A stretch of 53,478 nt of DNA from an uncultured Bacilli bacterium (GCA_944363855.1 CALVVM010000056.1:1-53478); one strand, 5' to 3'. Shown: positions 37,637 through 49,100, counted from the stretch's first letter. Program-made: numbers and translations. The notes: generated by a model not told the origin, from the sequence alone.

Positions 37637-38889
37637 TATCTTCTTCTTCCCTTTCTACCTTTTGTATAGGTTCTACTAACTAATTGACTCTCAATTTGTT
37701 TATAAGTTTCTAAAGCAACTCCTACAACGATCAATAATCCTGTACCACTTAAAGTTATTGAAGTTGTTAAGTTTGAAACTTTATCAAATACTATTGGAAG
37801 AATTGCTAGTGTTGTTAAGAATACAGAACCAACAATTGTTATTCTTTTTAACACTGTTTTTACATATTCTGTTGTATCTTTTCCTGGTCTTATACCTGGA
37901 ATATATCCACCATTCTTATTTAAGTTTTCTGACATCTCACTTGGTTTAAGTTGCATAAATGTATAAAGGTAAGCAAATGTTAAAATCAATATTACATATA
38001 AGATTAAACCAGTTCCATTAGTATAAGAAAGATATTTTTGTGCAAAAAGTGTAAAGCCTTCTTTCTTAAATACTGATGCAAGTATTTGTGGAATTGACAT
38101 AAGAGCTGATGCAAAGATTACTGGTATAACTCCTGCACTATTTAGTTTAAATGGTATATAAGATTGTTTACCAAGTGTACTAGTTGATTTATTTGCATAT
38201 TGAATAGGTATTCTTCTTTCTGCTGATTCAACGTAGATAACACCTACTATAATTCCAATAAATACTAGAACGAATGCTACAAATATAGCTATTCCTAAGA
38301 AGCCTTTAGCAAATAACTCTACCCAAAGATTCTTAAACATATTTGGTAATACACTTATTATACCTGCCATTATTATTAATGACATACCATTTCCAATTCC
38401 TTTTGCTGTTATTTGATCTGCAATCCACATAACTAATGCAGTACCAGCTGTAAGAATTAATGAATATAACATATAATCCATAGCATTACCATTTCCGATA
38501 TATGCATATGAATATAAATAACCTTGTAAGAATGCTAAACCGATTCCTACTATTCTTGTTATTTGATCTAATTTTTTTCTACCTACGCCACCTTGTTTCT
38601 TTAATTCAGATAAATATGGAACTATATCAGCACATAATAGCTGAATTACAATTGATGCGGTAATATAAGGTGAAACGCCTAATGCAAAGATTGATGCGTT
38701 AGCAAAAGCTCCACCACTCATTGCATCCATTATTTCTAGAAATTTCATTCCAGAAGTATTAGCATTAACACCTGGAACAATTATAGCTGTTCCGATTTTA
38801 AACACGAATAAGGCAGCTAAAGTGAATAAAATTCGTTTTAATAAATCACGATTTTTAGGATTAAATATTTGCTTAATTGTTGCAAACAT
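37636..38889 (-). CDS. secY: Preprotein translocase subunit SecY
   Basis: 417 aa, 10-TM profile, position between rplO and adk. Confidence 0.97.
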   Translation of the reverse strand: MFATIKQIFNPKNRDLLKRILFTLAALFVFKIGTAIIVPGVNANTSGMKFLEIMDAMSGGAFANASIFALGVSPYITASIVIQLLCADIVPYLSELKKQGGVGRKKLDQITRIVGIGLAFLQGYLYSYAYIGNGNAMDYMLYSLILTAGTALVMWIADQITAKGIGNGMSLIIMAGIISVLPNMFKNLWVELFAKGFLGIAIFVAFVLVFIGIIVGVIYVESAERRIPIQYANKSTSTLGKQSYIPFKLNSAGVIPVIFASALMSIPQILASVFKKEGFTLFAQKYLSYTNGTGLILYVILILTFAYLYTFMQLKPSEMSENLNKNGGYIPGIRPGKDTTEYVKTVLKRITIVGSVFLTTLAILPIVFDKVSNLTTSITLSGTGLLIVVGVALETYKQIESQLVSRTYTKGRKGRRR

Positions 38890-38890
38890 A

Positions 38891-39334
38891 CTAAATCACC
38901 TCAGCTTTTCCACCTATCGCTTCTATTTTTTCTACTGCAGATTGAGAGAATTTATTAGCTTTAACTGTTAATTTTTTAGTTAAGTTTCCGTTACCTAAAA
39001 CTTTAACACCAGCTAATTGTTTCTTTAAAATTCCCATTTCTTTTAATAATTCTGGAGTAACAACTGCTCCATCTTCAAATTTTTTTTTTTTACTTACATT
39101 TATTGTAGCATATTCAACTTTAAACATAGCATTAGAGAAACCTCTTTTTTGTAAACGTCTAAATAATGGTAATTGTCCACCTTCAAACCCAGGTCTAACT
39201 CCTCCACCACTTCTTGCATTTTGTCCTTTGTGTCCTTTTCCGCTTGTTTTACCAAGTCCAGAACCAACACCACGTCCAACTCTTTTACTAGTTTTAAATG
39301 CACCTTCACTAGGTCTTAATTCATGTAGTTTCAT
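38891..39334 (-). CDS. rplO: 50S ribosomal protein L15
   Basis: [12 protein letters not shown]....KRVGRG.GSG.GKTSG.GHKGQ.ARSGG. Confidence 0.97.
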   Translation of the reverse strand: MKLHELRPSEGAFKTSKRVGRGVGSGLGKTSGKGHKGQNARSGGGVRPGFEGGQLPLFRRLQKRGFSNAMFKVEYATINVSKKKKFEDGAVVTPELLKEMGILKKQLAGVKVLGNGNLTKKLTVKANKFSQSAVEKIEAIGGKAEVI

Positions 39335-39335
39335 A

Positions 39336-39929
39336 TTATCTTATCTCCTCTACTTTTTTACCACGTAAATGTGCTACTTCTTCTATTGTTCTTTGTGATT
39401 TTAATGCATTAAGTGTAGCAGTAGCCATATTTACTTTTGTGCTTGATCCTAATGATTTAGATAAAATGTCTTTAACACCAGCCATTTCAAGTACAGCTCT
39501 TACCGGACCACCAGCTTTAACTCCTGTACCTTTAGCAGCAGGTTTTAACATAACTTTACTAGCTCCACATACACCAGTTGCTTCATGTGGGATAGTACGG
39601 TCTTCAACTATTGAAACTTTAACGATGTTTTTAATAGCTGCTTGACTTGCTTTTTTAATTGCATCTGGAACTTCGTTAGATTTTCCAGTACCAAGTCCAA
39701 CTTTACCTTTTCTATCTCCTACAACTACTACTGCAGAGAAGCGGAAATGACGTCCACCTTTTGTTACTTTTGTAACACGACCGATAGAAATTACTTCTTC
39801 TTCATAAAGTTTTTGTTGTCTTTGTCTAGGTTGTCTTTTATCATTTGATTTACGAGGTTTTCTTTCAGTTCTTTCTACTTTTTCAGTAGATTTAACTTCT
39901 TCTACTTTTTCGATTTCTTTTTCCATCAT
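39336..39929 (-). CDS. rpsE: 30S ribosomal protein S5 with charged N-terminal extension
   Basis: Core [31 protein letters not shown]; about 30 extra Glu/Lys/Arg-rich residues precede it. Confidence 0.95.
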   Translation of the reverse strand: MMEKEIEKVEEVKSTEKVERTERKPRKSNDKRQPRQRQQKLYEEEVISIGRVTKVTKGGRHFRFSAVVVVGDRKGKVGLGTGKSNEVPDAIKKASQAAIKNIVKVSIVEDRTIPHEATGVCGASKVMLKPAAKGTGVKAGGPVRAVLEMAGVKDILSKSLGSSTKVNMATATLNALKSQRTIEEVAHLRGKKVEEIR

Positions 39930-39939
39930 TACCCTCCTA

Positions 39940-40302
39940 TTAGAATTCTAGTCCGTTTTCACGTGCAGCTTCAGCTAAAGCTTTTACACGTCCATGATAA
40001 AGGTATCCACCTCTATCGAAAACAACTTTTGATATTTTTGCTTTTTTAGCTCTTTTAGCAAGTAATTCTCCTACTTTTTCAGCAGCTTCAGTGTTTCCAC
40101 CGTTTTCAAGTTTTAACTCCTTATCTATAGAAGAAGCACTTACTAATGTTTTAGAAGCTTCATCATCAATGATTTGAGCAAAAATATTACTGTTTGATCT
40201 AAATACATTTAATCTAGGAACGTTTGATGTACCAGTTACTTTGTTTCTAACACGTGTATGTCTAGCAGCACGTGCTTTATTACGGTCTATTTTTTTGATC
40301 AT
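39940..40302 (-). CDS. rplR: 50S ribosomal protein L18
   Basis: R..RH.RVR.K..GT...PRL.VFRSN..I.AQ.IDD...[22 protein letters not shown]. Confidence 0.97.
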   Translation of the reverse strand: MIKKIDRNKARAARHTRVRNKVTGTSNVPRLNVFRSNSNIFAQIIDDEASKTLVSASSIDKELKLENGGNTEAAEKVGELLAKRAKKAKISKVVFDRGGYLYHGRVKALAEAARENGLEF

Positions 40303-40323
40303 AACTTTTCTCCTTTACTCTAA

Positions 40324-40857
40324 TTATTTAGAAGCTTTCTTTCCTTCTTTACGACGAATATGTTCGTCAGCATAACGAATACCTTTTCCTTTATATGGTT
40401 CAGGTTTTCTAATTTTTCTTACGTTTGCTGCAAATTCACCTACTAATTGTTTATCTATTCCTCTTACAAATAATTCTGTATTACTTAGAACTTCTAATTT
40501 AATTCCTTCAGGAATAGCAACATTAACAGGATGAGAATATCCAGCAGTTACAACTAATTCTGTACCTTTTAATTGAAAACGATATCCAACACCTACAGAT
40601 TCTAATTTTTTCTCAAATCCTTCAGTAACACCTACTATCATGTTTCTTATGTTAGCATTTGCTGTTCCATGAAAATTTTTGAAATTATCATTTTTTCTTG
40701 TTAGTGTTATTTCATTTTCATTAATATTAACAGTAATGTTTTCATTTATTTCAGTAGAAAGTTCACCTTTAGGTCCTTTTACTGAAACAATATTTCCTTC
40801 AACTGTTACAGTTACTCCAGTTGGTATAATTAATTTTCTATTTCCAACACGACTCAT
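40324..40857 (-). CDS. rplF: 50S ribosomal protein L6
   Basis: MSRVGN..I.IP.GV.V....N.V.VKGPKGEL; 177 aa. Confidence 0.97.
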   Translation of the reverse strand: MSRVGNRKLIIPTGVTVTVEGNIVSVKGPKGELSTEINENITVNINENEITLTRKNDNFKNFHGTANANIRNMIVGVTEGFEKKLESVGVGYRFQLKGTELVVTAGYSHPVNVAIPEGIKLEVLSNTELFVRGIDKQLVGEFAANVRKIRKPEPYKGKGIRYADEHIRRKEGKKASK

Positions 40858-40872
40858 TAAGTTTCTTCCTTT

Positions 40873-41265
40873 CTACCAAATGTAAGCTAATACTTCTCCA
40901 CCTAATGAATTAGCTCTAGCTTCTTTATCAGTCATAACACCTTTAGATGTTGAGATAATAGCTATTCCTAATCCACTTAATACAGATGGAACTTCTTCAG
41001 CTTTTACATATACACGTAATCCTGGTTTAGAGATTCTCTTAAGTCCAGTGATTACACGTTCCTTGTCTACATATTTTAATGATAAAACAAGGATATCTTG
41101 AATATTATTTTTCTTAACTTTATAGTCAACTATAAATCCTTCAGATTTTAATATTCTAGCGATTTCATTTTTCATTTTTGAAGCTGGGACTTCAACTTCT
41201 TTATAACGCATTTGATTTGCATTACGAATTCTCGTAAGCATATCTGCTATTGGATCTGTTACCAT
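40873..41265 (-). CDS. rpsH: 30S ribosomal protein S8
   Basis: [13 protein letters not shown]...; C-terminus GGEVLAYIW. Confidence 0.97.
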   Translation of the reverse strand: MVTDPIADMLTRIRNANQMRYKEVEVPASKMKNEIARILKSEGFIVDYKVKKNNIQDILVLSLKYVDKERVITGLKRISKPGLRVYVKAEEVPSVLSGLGIAIISTSKGVMTDKEARANSLGGEVLAYIW

Positions 41266-41287
41266 AATATCCTCCTTCTCTTATCAA

Positions 41288-41473
41288 TTACCAGCTTGAT
41301 TTTTTCATTCCTGGTATTTGTCCCTTGTAAGCTAACTCACGGAAACAAATTCTACAAATTCCGTATTTTTTAAGTACAGCATGTGGACGTCCACAACGAC
41401 TGCAACGTGTATATCTACGTACTTCAAATTTAGGTTCGCGACTAGCTTTTACTTTCATACTTTTCTTAGCCAT
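41288..41473 (-). CDS. rpsN: 30S ribosomal protein S14, zinc-binding type Z (61 aa)
   Basis: [10 protein letters not shown]...GICRICFRE contains CxxC...CxxC. Confidence 0.96.
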   Translation of the reverse strand: MAKKSMKVKASREPKFEVRRYTRCSRCGRPHAVLKKYGICRICFRELAYKGQIPGMKKSSW

Positions 41474-41488
41474 AATTTGCCTCCTATA

Positions 41489-42028
41489 TTATTTCTTAAA
41501 TGGCATTCCGAAACCTTTTAAGAGATCAAACGCTTCTTCGTTAGTTTTTGCACTTGTAACAAAAACTATATCCATACCACGCACTTTAACAACATCATCA
41601 TATTCGATTTCTGGGAATATTAATTGTTCAGTTAATCCCAAAGTATAGTTTCCTCTACCATCAAATGCTTTATTAGATATACCTCTAAAGTCTCTTACAC
41701 GAGGTAATGTAATACTAATTAATTTATCTAAGAAGTTATACATATTTTCCTCACGTAATGTTACTTTACAACCAATTGCTTGACCTTCTCTTAATTTAAA
41801 TCCAGCGATTGATTTTTTTGCTTTAGTAGCTACTGGTTTTTGACCTGTAATTGTTTCAAGATCTTTCATAGCTGCTTCTAATAATTTAGAATTAGTAGTA
41901 GCATCTCCACAACCAATATTTACTACGATTTTTTCTAATTTAGGTACTTCCATAACATTTTTATAGTTATGTTTACTCATTAAATCGGATACGATTGTTT
42001 TTTCATATTTTTCTTTTAGGCGGTTCAT
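41489..42028 (-). CDS. rplE: 50S ribosomal protein L5
   Basis: MNRLKEKY...; conserved [10 protein letters not shown]; 179 aa. Confidence 0.97.
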   Translation of the reverse strand: MNRLKEKYEKTIVSDLMSKHNYKNVMEVPKLEKIVVNIGCGDATTNSKLLEAAMKDLETITGQKPVATKAKKSIAGFKLREGQAIGCKVTLREENMYNFLDKLISITLPRVRDFRGISNKAFDGRGNYTLGLTEQLIFPEIEYDDVVKVRGMDIVFVTSAKTNEEAFDLLKGFGMPFKK

Positions 42029-42045
42029 ATATACCCTCCTTCCAA

Positions 42046-42360
42046 TTAATCAAGACTTGAATTAGATTTTCTTGCAACTCTAATTTTCTTACCGTCTTTA
42101 TTTACACTGTGTCCTATTCTAGTAGGTTTTTTAGTTTTTGGATCAATTATCATTACATTAGATGCATGAATTGGAGCTTCTACTTCATTAATAGATCCTG
42201 CAGTTTGTCCGTTACCTTTAACGTGTTTTTTAACGATGTTAACACCTTCAACTACAACTCTATTTTCAGCACGTAATACGTGAGTAATTTTTCCTTCTTT
42301 TCCTTTGTCCTTACCAGAAATGACAACTACTTTATCTCCAGTTTTAAAGTTCATTTTCAT
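42046..42360 (-). CDS. rplX: 50S ribosomal protein L24
   Basis: [23 protein letters not shown] motif. Confidence 0.96.
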   Translation of the reverse strand: MKMNFKTGDKVVVISGKDKGKEGKITHVLRAENRVVVEGVNIVKKHVKGNGQTAGSINEVEAPIHASNVMIIDPKTKKPTRIGHSVNKDGKKIRVARKSNSSLD

Positions 42361-42374
42361 TCCTCCAAACTCTC

Positions 42375-42743
42375 TTATAACACTTCTTTAGCAAGTGAAA
42401 TGATTTTATTAAATCCTAAATCACGTAATTCACGAGCTACTGGTCCAAATACACGAGTTCCGATTGGACTCTTATCATCTTTAATAATGCAAGCTGCATT
42501 ATCATCAAATTTGATGTATGATCCATCTTCTCTTCTTAGACCAAATTTACTTCTAACGATAACTGCTTTAACAACTTTACCTTTTCCAACAGTTCCATTA
42601 GGTGTTGCTTTCTTAACTGAAGCAACTACTATATCACCGATATTTCCAGTTTTAACTTTTGACCCTCCTAGAACACGAATTACAGATAATTCTTTTGCTC
42701 CAGAGTTGTCAGCAACTTTTAAACGGCTTTCTTGTTGAATCAT
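42375..42743 (-). CDS. rplN: 50S ribosomal protein L14
   Basis: [18 protein letters not shown]...; 122 aa. Confidence 0.98.
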   Translation of the reverse strand: MIQQESRLKVADNSGAKELSVIRVLGGSKVKTGNIGDIVVASVKKATPNGTVGKGKVVKAVIVRSKFGLRREDGSYIKFDDNAACIIKDDKSPIGTRVFGPVARELRDLGFNKIISLAKEVL

Positions 42744-42768
42744 ATTTTATCCTCCTTCACTCGTTCAA

Positions 42769-43029
42769 TTATAAAATAATTGCTTTTTCTATAACTTTTA
42801 CTAAACGGAAATGTTTAGTTTTTGATAAAGGTCTTGTTTCAGCTATAAGAACTTTATCTCCTTTTTTAGCTTCATTTTTTTCATCATGTGCAGTATATTT
42901 TTTTGAATATTTAACTCTTTTGTGATATAAACTATCAGTTTTGTAAGTTTCAACTAAAACTGTAATAGTTTTGTCGTTAACATCACTTACAACAGTTCCA
43001 ACTAATTCGTGAGTTCTTTTTTCTTCCAT
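42769..43029 (-). CDS. rpsQ: 30S ribosomal protein S17
   Basis: G.VVSD...KT..V.VE......YHKRV..SKKY.AHDE.NEAK.GD.V.I.ETRPLSK.K.F. Confidence 0.96.
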   Translation of the reverse strand: MEEKRTHELVGTVVSDVNDKTITVLVETYKTDSLYHKRVKYSKKYTAHDEKNEAKKGDKVLIAETRPLSKTKHFRLVKVIEKAIIL

Positions 43030-43041
43030 AATTTCCTCCTA

Positions 43042-43236
43042 TTATTTAGTTAATTCTCTTTCACGTAAGATTGTTTTCATACGTGCAACTAATTTTCTTA
43101 ATTCAGTAATTCTTGAAGGTTTTTCTAAAGATCCTGTTGCTTGTTGGAAACGTAAGTTAAATAATTCTTCTTTTGATTCTTCTATTTTTGAAAGTATTTC
43201 CTCGTTAGATAATTCTCTTATTTCTTTATTAGTCAT
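43042..43236 (-). CDS. rpmC: 50S ribosomal protein L29
   Basis: [11 protein letters not shown]......[11 protein letters not shown]; the ATG overlaps the rplP stop (ATGACTAA); the track's GTG start at 43248 is less likely. Confidence 0.94.
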   Translation of the reverse strand: MTNKEIRELSNEEILSKIEESKEELFNLRFQQATGSLEKPSRITELRKLVARMKTILRERELTK

Positions 43237-43660
43237 TACTTTCACCACTTTCTTCTTTTTTTACAAATTTACATTTGATTGGAAGTTTGTGCATAGCAAG
43301 TCTTAATGCTTCTCTTGCAACTTCTTCACTAACTCCAGCGATTTCAAACATAACTTTACCTTGTTTAACTACTGCAACCCATGCATCATGAGAACCTTTA
43401 CCTTTACCTTGACGAGTTTCAAGTGGTTTTTTAGTTAATGAAAGGTGTGGGAATATATTTATCCAAACTTTTCCTCCACGTTTCATATAACGAGTCATAG
43501 CAATTCTTGCTGCTTCAATTTGTCTATCAGTTATCCAAGCACCTTCCATTGCCATTAAACCATATTCACCAAAGTTTACTTTAGTATTTCCTTTTGCTTT
43601 TCCATCATAAGGAAGACGATGTACATTACGATATTTAGTTCTTTTTGGAATTACGGCCAT
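43229..43660 (-). CDS. rplP: 50S ribosomal protein L16
   Basis: [11 protein letters not shown]...; the ATG lies 9 nt after GGGAGG inside the rpsC 3' end. Confidence 0.96.
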   Translation of the reverse strand: MAVIPKRTKYRNVHRLPYDGKAKGNTKVNFGEYGLMAMEGAWITDRQIEAARIAMTRYMKRGGKVWINIFPHLSLTKKPLETRQGKGKGSHDAWVAVVKQGKVMFEIAGVSEEVAREALRLAMHKLPIKCKFVKKEESGESND

Positions 43661-44312
43661 CTTCATTACCTCCCTTATTTTTAGCAGGAAGTATTTCACC
43701 TTTGCAAATCCATACTTTTACACCAATTTTATCATTATTATTTTCTTCTTCTTTATGAGCATAATCGATATCTGATCTTAAAGTATGTCTTGGAACACTA
43801 CCTTCTGTATAACCTTCAGTACGAGCCATATCAGCTCCTCCTAAACGTCCAGATACAGCAGTTGTAATTCCTTTTGCTCCTGCTTTCATAGTATTTCTAA
43901 TAGCTCTCTTTTGAGCAATTCTGAATGATACACGTCCTTCAATTTGACGTGCGATATTTTCTGCAACTAGTGCAGCATCTAAATCTGGGTTTTTAACTTC
44001 TTTAATAGAGATTTGAATATTTTCATCAACTAATTTAGTTAATTCTTTTTTAAGTTTTTCTATTTCATCTCCACCGTGTCCGATAACTACTCCAGGTTTA
44101 GCTGTATTTATAACAACATTAGTCTTCTTAGTGTCTCTTTCAATAAGAATACTTGAAACTGATGCGTCTTTTAGTTTTTTCTCTAACATTTTACGAATCT
44201 TGTTATCGTTATTGATAAATTTAGCATTGTCTTTTCCTTCAGCATACCAATTTGATTGCCAAGATTTGTTAACGCCTATTCTAAGTCCGACTGGACTAAC
44301 TTTTTGACCCAC
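43635..44312 (-). CDS. rpsC: 30S ribosomal protein S3
   Basis: [13 protein letters not shown]....W.S.WYA KH-domain N-terminus; 225 aa. Confidence 0.97.
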   Translation of the reverse strand: MGQKVSPVGLRIGVNKSWQSNWYAEGKDNAKFINNDNKIRKMLEKKLKDASVSSILIERDTKKTNVVINTAKPGVVIGHGGDEIEKLKKELTKLVDENIQISIKEVKNPDLDAALVAENIARQIEGRVSFRIAQKRAIRNTMKAGAKGITTAVSGRLGGADMARTEGYTEGSVPRHTLRSDIDYAHKEEENNNDKIGVKVWICKGEILPAKNKGGNEDGRNSKKN

Positions 44313-44330
44313 AAGTTTTCCTCCTTTACC

Positions 44331-44666
44331 TTAGTTTCTTTCACTTACAACAATTGTAATATGACTTGTTCTTTTTTTGATTGGATCTACGTGTCCACGA
44401 GAACCAAATTTCATTCTTTTTAATGTTTGTCCTTCATCAACATATGCCTTACTAACATATAATTTAGTTTTATCTAAACCTAAGTTGTTTTCAGCATTTG
44501 CTACAGCAGAAGTTAACACTTTTAAAGTTAATCTAGCAGCTTTACTATTGTAATTTCTACAAATTCTATCTGCTTCTGCCACGTTTTTTCCACGAACTAA
44601 ATCAATTATTAAACGTGCTTTACGTGCAGGGATTCTAAGCCCTTTTGCGATTGCTTTTGCTTCCAT
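44331..44666 (-). CDS. rplV: 50S ribosomal protein L22
   Basis: A.A......RIPARKARL.IDLVRGK.V.EA. Confidence 0.97.
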   Translation of the reverse strand: MEAKAIAKGLRIPARKARLIIDLVRGKNVAEADRICRNYNSKAARLTLKVLTSAVANAENNLGLDKTKLYVSKAYVDEGQTLKRMKFGSRGHVDPIKKRTSHITIVVSERN

Positions 44667-44690
44667 TATAATTCATCCTTCCTAGGTTTT

Positions 44691-44963
44691 TTATTTTTTA
44701 CCTTTTTGATCACCGTGACCACCGAATTTACGAGTAAGAGCAAATTCACCTAATTTATGTCCTACCATATCTTCAGTAACATAAACTGGAACAAATTCTT
44801 TTCCATTATGAACAGCAAATGTGTTACCTATAAATTCAGGAAATATTGTTGAACGGCGTGACCAAGTTTTAATAACTTCTTTTTTCTCAGATTCATTTAC
44901 TTTTTGAACTTTTTTCATTAGACTTGCATCTATAAAAGGTCCTTTTTTTAAACTTCTAGCCAT
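44691..44963 (-). CDS. rpsS: 30S ribosomal protein S19
   Basis: [15 protein letters not shown]...[22 protein letters not shown]. Confidence 0.98.
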   Translation of the reverse strand: MARSLKKGPFIDASLMKKVQKVNESEKKEVIKTWSRRSTIFPEFIGNTFAVHNGKEFVPVYVTEDMVGHKLGEFALTRKFGGHGDQKGKK

Positions 44964-44979
44964 TTTCTACCATCCTTTC

Positions 44980-45810
44980 CTATTTTTTACGGCGATGTAC
45001 TATTAAGTCATCTGATTGTTTTTTACCTTTACGAGTTTTATATCCAAGTGCAGGTTTACCCCAAGGTGTAACTGGACCACTACGTCCGATAGGTGCTCTA
45101 CCTTCACCACCACCATGAGGGTGATCATTAGGGTTCATAACTGATCCACGAACTGTAGGTCTGATACCCATATGTCTTTTACGACCAGCTTTACCTAAAT
45201 TTACTAATTCATGATCTTCATTTCCTACTTCACCAATAGTTGCACGACAAGTACTTAATACTTTACGAACTTCACCACTAGCTAAACGAAGTAGTGCATA
45301 TTTTCCTTCAAGTCCAAGTATTTGAACACTTGATCCTGCAGAACGAGCCATTTGAGCTCCTTTTCCAGCTTTTAATTCAACATTGTGAACTAAAGTACCT
45401 TCTGGAATATTTGCAAGTGGTAAACAGTTACCAACTTTGATATCTGCGTTTGCTCCACTTTCAACTTTGTCTCCAACTTTTAATCCTTTTGGAGCAATTA
45501 TATAAGCTTTTTCACCATCAGCGTATTTAATTAAAGCAATATTAGCTGTTCTGTTTGGATCGTATTCGATTGATGCTACTGTTGCAACAACGCCATCTTT
45601 AATTCTTTTAAAATCGATAATACGATATTTTCTTTTAGCTCCTCCGCCTTGATGACGAACAGTTATTTTACCTTGATTATTACGTCCACCATTTTTCTTT
45701 AATGTAACAAGTAGTGATTTCTCTGGTGCTACTTTAGTTAATCCACTATTATCTAAAGTAGTCATACCACGTCTACCATTAGTTGTTGATTTATAACTTT
45801 TGATTGCCAT
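44980..45810 (-). CDS. rplB: 50S ribosomal protein L2
   Basis: GRNN.G.IT.RH.GGG.KR.YR.IDF; [13 protein letters not shown]. Confidence 0.98.
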   Translation of the reverse strand: MAIKSYKSTTNGRRGMTTLDNSGLTKVAPEKSLLVTLKKNGGRNNQGKITVRHQGGGAKRKYRIIDFKRIKDGVVATVASIEYDPNRTANIALIKYADGEKAYIIAPKGLKVGDKVESGANADIKVGNCLPLANIPEGTLVHNVELKAGKGAQMARSAGSSVQILGLEGKYALLRLASGEVRKVLSTCRATIGEVGNEDHELVNLGKAGRKRHMGIRPTVRGSVMNPNDHPHGGGEGRAPIGRSGPVTPWGKPALGYKTRKGKKQSDDLIVHRRKK

Positions 45811-45828
45811 TGTATTTCCTCCTCTAGA

Positions 45829-46110
45829 TTAGTTAAGTTCTATTGAACTTCCTTCTTTTAATTTAACTATAGCTTTTTTCTTTCTGTTAGTTAATCCTGC
45901 ATAACGTCCAACTCTTTTAGTTTTTGGTTTAACGTTAACTGTATTAACTTTTTCAACTTTAACATCGAAGATTTTTTCTACAGCTTGTTTAATTTGTGTT
46001 TTATTTGCTTTTGGATCTACACTTAAAGTAATAACATTTCCATTTTCACTTAAAGTTGCAGATTTTTCAGTAATAATCGGAGCTTTTATAACATCTCTAT
46101 AATTATTCAT
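45829..46110 (-). CDS. rplW: 50S ribosomal protein L23
   Basis: D.I..PIITEKS..L.E......F.V...ANKT.IK.AVEKIF.VKV..VNT. Confidence 0.96.
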   Translation of the reverse strand: MNNYRDVIKAPIITEKSATLSENGNVITLSVDPKANKTQIKQAVEKIFDVKVEKVNTVNVKPKTKRVGRYAGLTNRKKKAIVKLKEGSSIELN

Positions 46111-46733
46111 TATACTAAAGCCTCCTCTATTAATTCAATAGCAGATTCTTCTACTATTACTAAGTTAGCAGAAACTAAATCTAATACATTTATTTCACTA
46201 GCTTCAAGTAATAAAACATTGTTTAAGTTACGAGTAGCTAAAACTAAATTTTCATTTAATTCAGAAACAACTATTAAAACGTTTCTTTCAACTTTGAAAT
46301 TAGCTAAGATATTTTTCATATCTTTTGTTTTGTTAGATTCAACATTTAATGAATCAACAATTACTAATTCTTTATTGATAACTTTGTAAGCTAAAGCAGA
46401 TTTTAAAGCTAAAGCTCTTTCTTTTCTATTTTGTTTAACTTCATAGTTTCTTGATTGGTTACCAAATGCCCAACCACCATGATACCAATGTGGCGCTCTT
46501 GTAGAACCTTGACGAGCACGTCCAGTTCCTTTTTGTCTCCATGGTTTTCTTCCACCACCAGATACATCAGAACGTCCTTTGATTCCTTTTGTTGCTTGAC
46601 GAGCATTGTTTTGAGCAAGTTTAATTGCATCATATAATACTGCATCGTTTGGAACTATACCGAATACTTCTTTATTTAATGTAATATCTTTTACTTTTTC
46701 ACCATTTGTGTTTAATACATTTAATTTAGCCAT
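46110..46733 (-). CDS. rplD: 50S ribosomal protein L4
   Basis: [26 protein letters not shown]. Confidence 0.97.
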   Translation of the reverse strand: MAKLNVLNTNGEKVKDITLNKEVFGIVPNDAVLYDAIKLAQNNARQATKGIKGRSDVSGGGRKPWRQKGTGRARQGSTRAPHWYHGGWAFGNQSRNYEVKQNRKERALALKSALAYKVINKELVIVDSLNVESNKTKDMKNILANFKVERNVLIVVSELNENLVLATRNLNNVLLLEASEINVLDLVSANLVIVEESAIELIEEALV

Positions 46734-46750
46734 ATTATGTATCCTCCCTA

Positions 46751-47518
46751 CTAATTTTCTTCCTTAGTAGTTTCAGCTGTTTCAACAACTTCTTCTACAA
46801 CTGGTGTTTCTTCAGTAACTACTTCTTCTACTGTTTCAACAATTGGTTCTTCAACTTCATAAGAAACTAAGTTTTCCATTTCATTGATTTTTCCATTTGC
46901 TTTAACAGCACTCTTAATAATTACTAAACCTTTTTTAGGTCCTGGTATATTACCACTTATTAATATTACATTGTTTTCAGTATCTACAGCAACAACTTCA
47001 AGATTTTGAATAGTTACTGTAAGTGTTCCCATATGACCAGCTAGTTTTTTACCTTTGAAAACGCGCATTGGTCTCATTGTTCCCATTGAACCTGGTCTTC
47101 TATGATAATGTGAGCCATGTCCCATAGGGCCTCTTGATTGTCCGTGTCTTTTAATAACACCTTGGAACCCTTTACCTTTAGTAGTTCCAGTTACATCAAC
47201 CACTTCTCCTGGAGTGAAAATATCAGCTGATATTTCTTGTCCTAGAGTATATGAATTGATATCTACACCTTTTATTTCTCTAAAGAAGCGCTTAGGTGTA
47301 GTTTGTGCTTTTGCTGCATGTCCAGCAGAAGCTTTAGTCGCTAACTTTTCTCTTTGTTCACCGAATCCTAATTGAATAGCTTCATAACCATCGTTTTCTT
47401 TAGTTTTGATTTGAGTAACTACGTTTTTCTCAACTTCAACAACAGTTACAGGAATTAATTTACCAGATTCTGTAAATACTTGAGTCATTCCAATTTTACG
47501 ACCTAAGATTCCTTTCAT
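46751..47518 (-). CDS. rplC: 50S ribosomal protein L3 with acidic C-terminal extension
   Basis: [15 protein letters not shown]...; core to about residue 210, then [33 protein letters not shown]. Confidence 0.96.
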   Translation of the reverse strand: MKGILGRKIGMTQVFTESGKLIPVTVVEVEKNVVTQIKTKENDGYEAIQLGFGEQREKLATKASAGHAAKAQTTPKRFFREIKGVDINSYTLGQEISADIFTPGEVVDVTGTTKGKGFQGVIKRHGQSRGPMGHGSHYHRRPGSMGTMRPMRVFKGKKLAGHMGTLTVTIQNLEVVAVDTENNVILISGNIPGPKKGLVIIKSAVKANGKINEMENLVSYEVEEPIVETVEEVVTEETPVVEEVVETAETTKEEN

Positions 47519-47532
47519 ACTTTCTCCTCCTA

Positions 47533-47841
47533 TTATTTAATAATTTTGATATCAACACCACTTGGAATATCTAAATGAGCTAATGCTTCAATAGTTTCCT
47601 TAGATGGATCAACGATATCTACAAGTCTTTTGTGTGTTCTTCTTTCAAATTGCTCACGTGAATCTTTGTATTTGTGAACAGCTCTTAGAATAGTGATTTT
47701 TTCAATTTCAGTTGGTAGTGGAACTGGTCCAACAACTGTACCACCATTTCTTTTTACTGTTTCAACGATTTTAGCGCAAGCTTTGTCTAAACTTTTGTGT
47801 TCAAACGCTTTTAATTTGATACGAATTTTAGTTTTTGACAT
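47533..47841 (-). CDS. rpsJ: 30S ribosomal protein S10
   Basis: [14 protein letters not shown]......IVET..R.G....GP.PLPT. Confidence 0.98.
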   Translation of the reverse strand: MSKTKIRIKLKAFEHKSLDKACAKIVETVKRNGGTVVGPVPLPTEIEKITILRAVHKYKDSREQFERRTHKRLVDIVDPSKETIEALAHLDIPSGVDIKIIK

Positions 47842-47966
47842 CTTGTATCCTCCCTTCGCCTATATCCAGTATAGACTTGCTCCGTGTAAAAACCTGACTT
47901 TCAAGTTAATTTTCATAACAACTTAACCTGGCGTATCAGCAACCTCACACATCCCCGCAGTCACAC
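47842..47966 (-). promoter_or_regulatory. Long, comparatively GC-rich 5' leader of the S10 operon (candidate structured regulatory RNA)
   Basis: About 125 nt between the predicted TSS and rpsJ. GACTGCGGGGATGTGTGAGGTTGCTGATACGCCAGG... contrasts with the AT-rich surroundings, and a local TTAAGTT...AACTTGA stem is visible. Confidence 0.4.
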
Positions 47967-47973
47967 ATACAAA

Positions 47974-48002
47974 ATTATATGACATTTTCTTAAAAAAATC
48001 AA
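47974..48002 (-). promoter_or_regulatory. Sigma-A type promoter of the S10 operon
   Basis: Minus strand TTGATT - 17 nt - TATAAT. Confidence 0.65.
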
Positions 48003-48023
48003 GCCTTTTTTAACTTTTTTTAC

Positions 48024-48065
48024 AAAAAAAGCAAAAAAAGTTTATTAGTAAAATAAACTTTTTGC
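48024..48065 (-). terminator. Rho-independent terminator after the sigma factor gene
   Basis: GCAAAAAGTTTATT...AATAAACTTTTTTTGC long AT-rich stem spanning the stop codon, followed by T7 on the minus strand. Confidence 0.65.
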
Positions 48066-49076
48066 TTTTGGTCTTATACCCATATCTTCTTGCGTTTCTC
48101 TTTTAGCCCAATTTCTTAGTTTTCTTAAAGCTTTTGCCTCGATTTGTCTAATTCTTTCTCTTGTTACATCAAACACTTCTCCAACCTCTTCTAACGTCCA
48201 AACTCTTCCATCAATTAGTCCAAATCTATACATTATTACTTTTGCTTCTCTTTCTGTTAATCTAGCTTCTACTATTTTATGAACCCCTTCAAAAATTATT
48301 TTTTGAACTACGTTTTCTTCTATGTTTTCTTCATCTGCAATAAATTCCATTAAAGTTGAATCTTGATCTTCAGCTGCTCCAACAGGAGTTTCTAAACTAA
48401 TTACATCTTGTGCTGCTTTTTTATATTCTCTAATTTTTTCAACAGTATATCCTAAAGCTTCACTTATTTCTTCATCAGTAGGGTCTATACCGTTTTCAAA
48501 AGAATATTTATTTTGAAATCTTTTTATTGAGTTTATCGCTTCATTTGCATGAACAGGAATACGAATTGTTCTTGCTTGATCAGCAATAGCTCTAGTCATT
48601 GCTTGTCTAATCCACCAAGTCGCATATGTAGAAAACTTAAATCCTTTTTCAGCATCAAACTTATCAACAGCTTTTATTAAACCTAAATTACCTTCTTGTA
48701 ATAAATCTTCAAACCCTATACCTTTATTAGCATATCTTTTTGCTACACTTACAACTAAACGAAGATTGGAATTTATTAACTCTTGTTTTGCTTTTTCGTC
48801 GCCTTTTAAGATTCTTCTACCTATTTCTTGCTCTTCTTCCGGAGTTAAAAGTGGAAACCTACCTATTTGTTTTAAATAATCTTTAACAGCATCATCAGTT
48901 ATTTTTATTTCTATTTCTTCTTCTTTTTCTTCTTCTATTTCTATCTCAGCCACTTTTAAAGATTCTATTACAACTTCAAGTTCTTCATCCTTTAAGTCCA
49001 ATTTCAAGATTTCTTCCATTTGTATTTTTTTATTATTTTTATAGGCCTTTTCTATTACTTTTTCTATATTTATCAT
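48045..49076 (-). CDS. sigA: Primary-like (group 1) RNA polymerase sigma-70 factor
   Basis: Region 2 [12 protein letters not shown]...[29 protein letters not shown] and region 4.2 [28 protein letters not shown]. Confidence 0.85.
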   Translation of the reverse strand: MINIEKVIEKAYKNNKKIQMEEILKLDLKDEELEVVIESLKVAEIEIEEEKEEEIEIKITDDAVKDYLKQIGRFPLLTPEEEQEIGRRILKGDEKAKQELINSNLRLVVSVAKRYANKGIGFEDLLQEGNLGLIKAVDKFDAEKGFKFSTYATWWIRQAMTRAIADQARTIRIPVHANEAINSIKRFQNKYSFENGIDPTDEEISEALGYTVEKIREYKKAAQDVISLETPVGAAEDQDSTLMEFIADEENIEENVVQKIIFEGVHKIVEARLTEREAKVIMYRFGLIDGRVWTLEEVGEVFDVTRERIRQIEAKALRKLRNWAKRETQEDMGIRPKAKSLFY

Positions 49077-49100
49077 AGTAATCCCCCTTTGTAAGGTAAT

